The position numbers were made by a program, and so were the translations under genes. From Polyangiaceae bacterium (GTDB taxonomy: Bacteria; Myxococcota_A; Polyangia; Polyangiales; Polyangiaceae), in NCBI GenBank assembly GCA_050287085.1, contig JBNKBE010000006.1, forward strand, positions 10,281 to 74,280: DNA of 64,000 nucleotides, read 5' to 3'. The notes under the pieces were generated by a model that worked only from the letters and a program-made list of their open reading frames with translations, was not told where the DNA came from and made no database searches. Within the stretch, counting starts at the first letter, position 1, and each line of letters begins with the position of its first letter. Shown here piece by piece: positions 58,278 through 64,000 of this stretch.

Positions 58278-58820
58278 ATGAAGAACGAAGATCGGGATCT
58301 GAGCTCCGAGCAGGCGCATGTCATCGACGAAATCCTGCGGGGTTCGACATCTGCCCTATTCTCGGCCTACGGACTGGAGTTGGAAGAGCTGCGCCCGCCT
58401 ACCAGCAAAGAGGACGAAGGTGAGCATATGGCCGGTGTCATCGGCTTCACCTCGAAAGAAATCTCCGGATCCCTCGTCATCTCAGCCAGCGCCGCCCTGG
58501 TCCGGCGAACAGTCCCCGAAGGAAGCTCCAGTCTACACGACTGGATGGGCGAGCTTGCCAATCAGTTGCTCGGGCGCAGCAAGAACCAGCTGCTCAAGTA
58601 CGGCGTGACGCTGAGCATGAGTGTGCCGGTTGTGGTGACGGGCCTTGCGCTGCAGACGCCCAAGATCGCCCATCATGCCATCCGCGACTACGAGTTCACA
58701 AGTGAGGTAGGGTCACTGCATGTGCGCCTGGACGTGGCGGTCGACCCAGCGCTGGACTTCAGCCAGATCAGTGGAGAAGATTCTCCGGGGATAGACGAAG
58801 GGGAACTGCTCCTATTCTGA
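58278..58820 (+). CDS. cheX: CheX-like phosphoaspartate phosphatase
   Basis: GVIGF...GSL, DWMGELANQLLG (ExxN), SVPVVVTG. Confidence 0.8.
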   Translation: MKNEDRDLSSEQAHVIDEILRGSTSALFSAYGLELEELRPPTSKEDEGEHMAGVIGFTSKEISGSLVISASAALVRRTVPEGSSSLHDWMGELANQLLGRSKNQLLKYGVTLSMSVPVVVTGLALQTPKIAHHAIRDYEFTSEVGSLHVRLDVAVDPALDFSQISGEDSPGIDEGELLLF

Positions 58821-58873
58821 GCCGCTCCGCCCAAGGCCGGTATCCCCGAGCCCAAGTCGCCTGCGCCCCCGCG

Positions 58874-59980
58874 TCAGCGCCCTAGCAGATCGTCGTACAA
58901 GCGCTGGTAGGCCACGTCGCGCCGAGCTGGGTCGCACTTGGCAGCAAGAAAACTCCGCGCAAGCTGGGTGCTTTGCTGACGTCGCTCTGCGTCTGTCGCC
59001 AGAGACGTCACGGCCGCCAGTAGCTCCGAAACGTTGCCCGTCGGCACCTGGACCGTCCCCTCCAGCTCAGCAAGAGGTCCATAGTTGTAGGTGACCACGG
59101 GACATCCGAGCGCCATGGCCTCGAGCAATGACACAGGCAGGTCCACCTTGCCGTATAGATCGTCGACGGGAAACAATACGGCCGTGGCTGCCCGTAGCAG
59201 CGGCGCCAAGCTTGGCAGCTCTCCTACGAAACGAACGCCTTCGGCCGGAGCGAGGCGGGCTAGCTCTTTGGCAATCGCCTGCGCGCGGCTCGTCTTGGGG
59301 CGACAAGCCATGACGAGCACCGCCCCTGGCAGGCGTTGGCGCAGCTCATCCATCATGCCAACCAGCGTCCGTGCTGCGGAACTGAACTCAAGGTCACCGG
59401 GGTAGCAGAACAACGGCGCGTCGGGGGCAATGTGGAGGGCGGCACGAAACGCCAGCCCATCATCGTGGCCTCCGGCGCGGGGCAGCGCAACAGCCGGGTA
59501 TATCACCTCGATTCGCCTGCGAGGCGCGAACTGCTGCAACCAGGTCTGTGCCCAAACGCTGTGCGTCACTACCACGTCCCCAAACAACAGCTGCCGCGCC
59601 GAAGAAAACGACGCCGGCGCGGACGCCACCGTCTGCACGCTTGGGATCGCACGACGGCGCTTCAACCACGACAGCGGGCCACAACTTCTAGGATTCGGCG
59701 CAAATACGAAGTGCCAGAGATCGCTTCGGTCCGTCAGCAAGTGCGCCAACACCTGGCTGTTGTCTACGAGTGAGCCACCAAAGCGGCGCCTGCCGGCGCG
59801 CAGCTCCACCCGCTGGACGTCGTGCCCCGGCAAGGGATGTGGACCCGGGCGCGTGAAGACGGTCGCCGCTATCCCCTCCAGACCCGTCGCAAGGTCCCGC
59901 ACCAAACACAAGCTACCATCGTGCAACGGAGCCACGAGGGGCTTCGAAACAAAGAGGACTCGCGGAACCTGCGACGCCAA
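58874..59980 (-). CDS. Glycosyltransferase family 4 (GT-B)
   Basis: VIYPAV, VRFVG, DLPVSLLEAMALGCPVV. Confidence 0.85.
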   Translation of the reverse strand: MASQVPRVLFVSKPLVAPLHDGSLCLVRDLATGLEGIAATVFTRPGPHPLPGHDVQRVELRAGRRRFGGSLVDNSQVLAHLLTDRSDLWHFVFAPNPRSCGPLSWLKRRRAIPSVQTVASAPASFSSARQLLFGDVVVTHSVWAQTWLQQFAPRRRIEVIYPAVALPRAGGHDDGLAFRAALHIAPDAPLFCYPGDLEFSSAARTLVGMMDELRQRLPGAVLVMACRPKTSRAQAIAKELARLAPAEGVRFVGELPSLAPLLRAATAVLFPVDDLYGKVDLPVSLLEAMALGCPVVTYNYGPLAELEGTVQVPTGNVSELLAAVTSLATDAERRQQSTQLARSFLAAKCDPARRDVAYQRLYDDLLGR

Positions 59981-59997
59981 AACAGCTCCAGCGCTGT

Positions 59998-61440
59998 CTA
60001 CTGATCCTCGTCCTCAGGACAGCCGTCTTCATCATCCTCGCCGTTGATCGTCTCGGCCTCGTCGACGCACTCATCTCGGTCATCAGGAATACCGTCGCCG
60101 TCGTTATCCAGATCGGGACAACCATCGGTGTCCTGATAGCCATCGGTATCTTCGGCCTCGTCCGGACACTTGTCATCCGCATCGGTCACCCCATCCCCAT
60201 CGGTGTCGGGTACGTCGGGGCAGCCGTCCTCGTCCTCGTAGCCGTTGACCACCTCGGCCTCGTCGGGACAGCGATCCTGCACATCGGGGATGCCGTCCTT
60301 GTCGTTGTCAAGCTCAGGACAACCGTCCGTGTCTTCGAACTTGTCCAGGTCCTCGGCCTCGTTGGGGCACTTATCACCTTCGTCCGGCAGCGCATCACCA
60401 TCGTTGTCGGGCTCAGCACAACCGTCCATGTCCTCATAGTCGTCGAGGTCTTCGGGTTCCGCCGGGCACATATCTTCTTTGTCAGGTATGCCATCGCCGT
60501 CCTCGTCGGTCTGCTCATGGGCGTAGCTAAACCCAAGCATGCCTCGGAAGTCCGGAATGCCCACGGAGCCTTGCGTCAACCCCGCGCCGCCGCCGACCAA
60601 AACGGACCACGACGCATTGAGCGGCGTGACTCGCACCGCGCCATCAACCTCCATCGGATTGGTACCGGCCTCCGATGAAAACTGCGTGGCCCCGTGAACG
60701 TCCGCCATAAGGCTGACGACAGGACTCACCGCAAACGCCGCTGCGGCGGACACCAAAGCTCGCGACCCGACCTCAGACTTGCCGATGCGCGCCTTTGGCT
60801 GATACATGTAGCCCAGGTTGACGGCCGCACTGAAGGGCCCACTCAGGAAGTCAACGATAGCGCGACCGCCTCCCGCGATCCCCTCGCGACCGATGTGCGC
60901 CCCTTTGGCGGTCGCCTCACCCGTAGGGGCTGTTACGAACGCCGCCACCGCCGGCACAATGGGGCTGTGCACGTCTGGAAGAATGCGAAACTTGACCTCA
61001 AGTTCTGGATCCGCGAGACCGGTTGCCTTCACCTCGTTGCCCAGATCGGCGGTTCCCCGCTCGGTGAGTCCTTGGCCCTGGGCAAAAGTAACGGGCAGAT
61101 GCACGCCGACTTGGAGCTGAGGGATGGGCGTGTATGAGGCAAGCACCCCGGCCGAGAGCAGATTCTCGATGACCAAGATCTTCGGGATATCCGGATTGCT
61201 CGAGTTGACCACAAAGGGTCGCCGTCCGTAGCTGGCGAGCAAGCCGACGCTAAAAGACTGCTCTCCGTCGGTGCGAGCACCACGCGTTACGACGAAATTG
61301 CGAGGTCCCGGCGCCGGGCTGAACCCGTTGACGTTGAACTTCCCCTCGATCTGAGCCTGTTGTGCCCAGGCGCCCGGAGCTTGAATCAGCGCTAGTAGCC
61401 CAGCTGCAGCGAGTGTGTGACGGCGGACGGATCGGGTCAT
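59998..61440 (-). CDS. Exported beta-barrel-like protein with five thrombospondin type-3 repeats and no OmpA domain
   Basis: Signal peptide (APGAWA), alternating beta-strand region, five DxDGDGIPDxxDxCPxExED...DGCP-type repeats running to the stop. Confidence 0.85.
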   Translation of the reverse strand: MTRSVRRHTLAAAGLLALIQAPGAWAQQAQIEGKFNVNGFSPAPGPRNFVVTRGARTDGEQSFSVGLLASYGRRPFVVNSSNPDIPKILVIENLLSAGVLASYTPIPQLQVGVHLPVTFAQGQGLTERGTADLGNEVKATGLADPELEVKFRILPDVHSPIVPAVAAFVTAPTGEATAKGAHIGREGIAGGGRAIVDFLSGPFSAAVNLGYMYQPKARIGKSEVGSRALVSAAAAFAVSPVVSLMADVHGATQFSSEAGTNPMEVDGAVRVTPLNASWSVLVGGGAGLTQGSVGIPDFRGMLGFSYAHEQTDEDGDGIPDKEDMCPAEPEDLDDYEDMDGCAEPDNDGDALPDEGDKCPNEAEDLDKFEDTDGCPELDNDKDGIPDVQDRCPDEAEVVNGYEDEDGCPDVPDTDGDGVTDADDKCPDEAEDTDGYQDTDGCPDLDNDGDGIPDDRDECVDEAETINGEDDEDGCPEDEDQ

Positions 61441-61737
61441 ATTGATTTGAATCTCGAGTGAGAGCGTTGCCTACGAGGGCGCGGTGCTTCAAAAATCCGG
61501 TTCTAGGCGAGGTGCCAAGCCTGGCATACCGGCCCGGCGCTCCGCAAGTTGTCGTCTGACTAGCGAGGGGGGCGGCCGACGTTCCCACCTGGCCCGCCCG
61601 CCAGTCTCGAGCTTGGCGGCGCTTCCGGGGAGCCTCCGGGGCCCGCGTGATTGACAGGTTTTGCGCGCGCGTGCGACACCCGCGCCACTTTGTAGTCCTG
61701 GTGGCATCTCGCACGCCGGCTATGAAAGCGATTTACC

Positions 61738-63873
61738 ATGCGCCACGTTCAAACTCTCGCAGCCCTAGTCACCCTGCTGTCGCCCAGTTGGGTGTTGGCG
61801 CAGGCCACCCCTCCCGCGCCGCCACCATCCCCTGAGGATGCCACCGCGCAGCCACAGCCACAGCCACAGCCACAGGCGGTCGACACCACCGCCCCCGCAC
61901 CGTCGCCGGAAAGCGCTGCGCCACCCGCCAGCGCCGAAGCCGCTCCACTCGAAGAGCCCCCGGTCACCTCCGGAGCGGCAAGCGCGGAAGCTAAAGCCAC
62001 CGTCGACCCCGCCGCCGACGCGTCGCGGCTGGCCGCACAGGGACTCGAGGAGCCGTCACCAATAGCGGGCGAGCTCGACGAGGATACGAAGGAACCCACC
62101 GCCGGAACGCAGCAGCAGACCTTTGCCGAAGATTGGTGGACGCACGCCCGCCCCCTCCTGGAGCTGCACGGCGGCTTGCGCGGACGCGGTGAGATGTTCC
62201 ACAACTTTTCGCTCGGACGCCGCAACACGCCGGGTGAATCGCTATGGGCGCCGCCCCCGGACCAGCGGTACTCGGCCGGAAACCAGCAAACCTTCGGGCC
62301 CGCATTGTGCGCAGGCAGCGAAACGGACGCTGGTTCGGGTAGCAGCGACCTCGCCAGTGATGGCCTCTATTCGTGCGACAACAAGACTCAGGCCGGCGCC
62401 AACATGCGCTTCCGTTTGAATCCGTCGATTCACATCTCCGACAACGTCCACATCCACGGGCAGGTGGACCTGCTTGACAATCTGGTGCTGGGAAGCACGC
62501 CCGATGGCTATCGTTACGCCTACGCCCCAGAGGGCCTGACTACATTGCAGCGCTCGGGCTACAATCAGTTCAGCTTCTACGACAGCACCACCGTCCCCCC
62601 CGACTCCGGGACGAATGGCTTCTCCGACAGCATTCGCGTCAAGCGAGCCTGGGGAGAGTACAACACGCCCCTCGGCGACGTCCTATTCGGTCGCATGCCC
62701 CACCATTTCGGTCTCGGCATGCTGTACAACTCGGGCGACACGTTCGATGCCGACTACCAGAGCACGGTCGATCGTTTGCAGCTGGCGACGTCGTTCGCCT
62801 CCTGGGACTTGCGCATCGCACTCATGGCGGACTTCGTCTCCGAGGGCGCGACAGACGCGATCGGGATACCGGGTTCACAACCCTACGACCGAGCCCAACT
62901 CGACGACATCAACCAGTACGGCTTACTGCTGTTGAAACAAGGCGATCCAGAACTCGAGCGGCTGGCTCTCGCGCGCGAGAACGTGATCTTCAACGCGGGC
63001 TTCTATCTCCTGTATCGCAGCCAGACGCTCGCCGCTGATCAGGCCCTGAGCGCAGCAGACGGCGGCCCGGTGCCGGGCGCCAACCTAGACAACCAGCCGG
63101 GGACCTACGCGAGGCGCGATGCCTACGCCTTCACGCCGGATCTGTGGCTGCAGCTCAAGTACAAAGGCTTCAGCGCAGAATTGGAAGCCGCTGGGGTCAT
63201 CGGCAAGATCGGAAGCCCGTCGATCGGGCCAAACTCACTGGCACATTTTCAGAACGGGGATCCCTCGCTGAAACTCCGCCAGTTCGGTGCGGCGTTGGAG
63301 CTTGGCCAACGCCTGGTTGAAGACCGCCTCAAGCTGGGGTTCGACGCGGGCTTTGCAACCGGTGACGCCGATACGGTCGACCCGTCCTTGCCGGGCGAGC
63401 TCGTCCCGGGCCCCGCCGAAGCCCAGCGCAGCGACGACACGATCTCCACCTTTCGCTTCAATCCAGCCTACCGCGTCGATTTGATCCTGAATCGTAACCT
63501 GCTGCAGCGCGTCCAGGGCACCTACTACTTTCGGCCCAACGTGTCCTATGACTTCCTCCGCGACAGCCGCGGACAGCGCGCTGGTGGCAGTTTTGCGGGG
63601 ATCTGGACACGCGCCGCGAAGTCGGTCCAGACCCCAGGCCATGATGCAGATCTCGGATTGGAGCTCAACGGGTCACTCTATTATCAGGCACGCGATGGCA
63701 GCCTGAATGACGATCTGGACACCATGGGCGGCTTCTACACGATGCTGCAATACGGTGTCCTCTTCCCCCTCGCGGGCCTGGGCTATGCGGCGGAAGAACG
63801 CGTCAGCATCACGGGCAATACGGATCTTTCCGTAGCTCAAGTCCTGCGACTGCACCTCGGTATTCTGTTCTAG
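61738..63873 (+). CDS. Myxobacterial outer-membrane beta-barrel protein (TIGR04551-like)
   Basis: Signal peptide, Pro/Ala-rich linker, ANMRFRLNP, IRVKRAWGE, FGRMPHHFGLG, FRFNPAYRVDLIL, C-terminal Phe. Family name is from recall. Confidence 0.7.
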   Translation: MRHVQTLAALVTLLSPSWVLAQATPPAPPPSPEDATAQPQPQPQPQAVDTTAPAPSPESAAPPASAEAAPLEEPPVTSGAASAEAKATVDPAADASRLAAQGLEEPSPIAGELDEDTKEPTAGTQQQTFAEDWWTHARPLLELHGGLRGRGEMFHNFSLGRRNTPGESLWAPPPDQRYSAGNQQTFGPALCAGSETDAGSGSSDLASDGLYSCDNKTQAGANMRFRLNPSIHISDNVHIHGQVDLLDNLVLGSTPDGYRYAYAPEGLTTLQRSGYNQFSFYDSTTVPPDSGTNGFSDSIRVKRAWGEYNTPLGDVLFGRMPHHFGLGMLYNSGDTFDADYQSTVDRLQLATSFASWDLRIALMADFVSEGATDAIGIPGSQPYDRAQLDDINQYGLLLLKQGDPELERLALARENVIFNAGFYLLYRSQTLAADQALSAADGGPVPGANLDNQPGTYARRDAYAFTPDLWLQLKYKGFSAELEAAGVIGKIGSPSIGPNSLAHFQNGDPSLKLRQFGAALELGQRLVEDRLKLGFDAGFATGDADTVDPSLPGELVPGPAEAQRSDDTISTFRFNPAYRVDLILNRNLLQRVQGTYYFRPNVSYDFLRDSRGQRAGGSFAGIWTRAAKSVQTPGHDADLGLELNGSLYYQARDGSLNDDLDTMGGFYTMLQYGVLFPLAGLGYAAEERVSITGNTDLSVAQVLRLHLGILF

Positions 63874-64000
63874 ATCGGCGCCAGGGTGCGGTCCTCTTGG
63901 CGACGCGAAGTCCTCTGCCCGCCCCCTTGGCTCGCCCCGAGGCCGCAGCGCTCTGGTTCTTGCGGCCAACGGGGCTGTCTCCGCGACCGCGCCGCTGTGC

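Overview
A GC-rich, gene-dense stretch of core chromosome, most likely from a myxobacterium. That assignment is inferred from the gene content: three eukaryotic-like Ser/Thr kinases, an FHA-GAF adenylate cyclase, an FHA-GAF sigma-54 activator, TSP3-repeat and other outer-membrane barrels, and an MXAN_5187-like protein. About 47 CDSs are supported. They cover housekeeping (glpK, gap, tpiA, secG, ychF, lexA, family-4 UDG, trxB, lepB, aceE, alaS), an ExbB-ExbD-TonB set, a YhaO/YhaN nuclease-ATPase pair and many signalling genes. I found no tRNA, rRNA, CRISPR array, transposase, integrase or phage gene. The most striking signal is an intact 364-aa PGK-fold ORF in the canonical gap-pgk-tpiA-secG position that has lost nearly all substrate- and ATP-binding motifs, making it a candidate pseudo-enzyme. 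Other apparently repurposed folds are a stand-alone degenerate PglZ/PorX-like domain, a HExxH-less M48-like domain and a degenerate FHA. Also notable: a kinase with a TonB-C-like periplasmic domain, a TraB-like barrel lacking OmpA, a LexA box inside the lexA promoter, leaderless-type promoters, tandem micro-duplications at stop codons, and a structured 770-bp region upstream of gap. All family calls come from reading motifs by eye; no database search was run.
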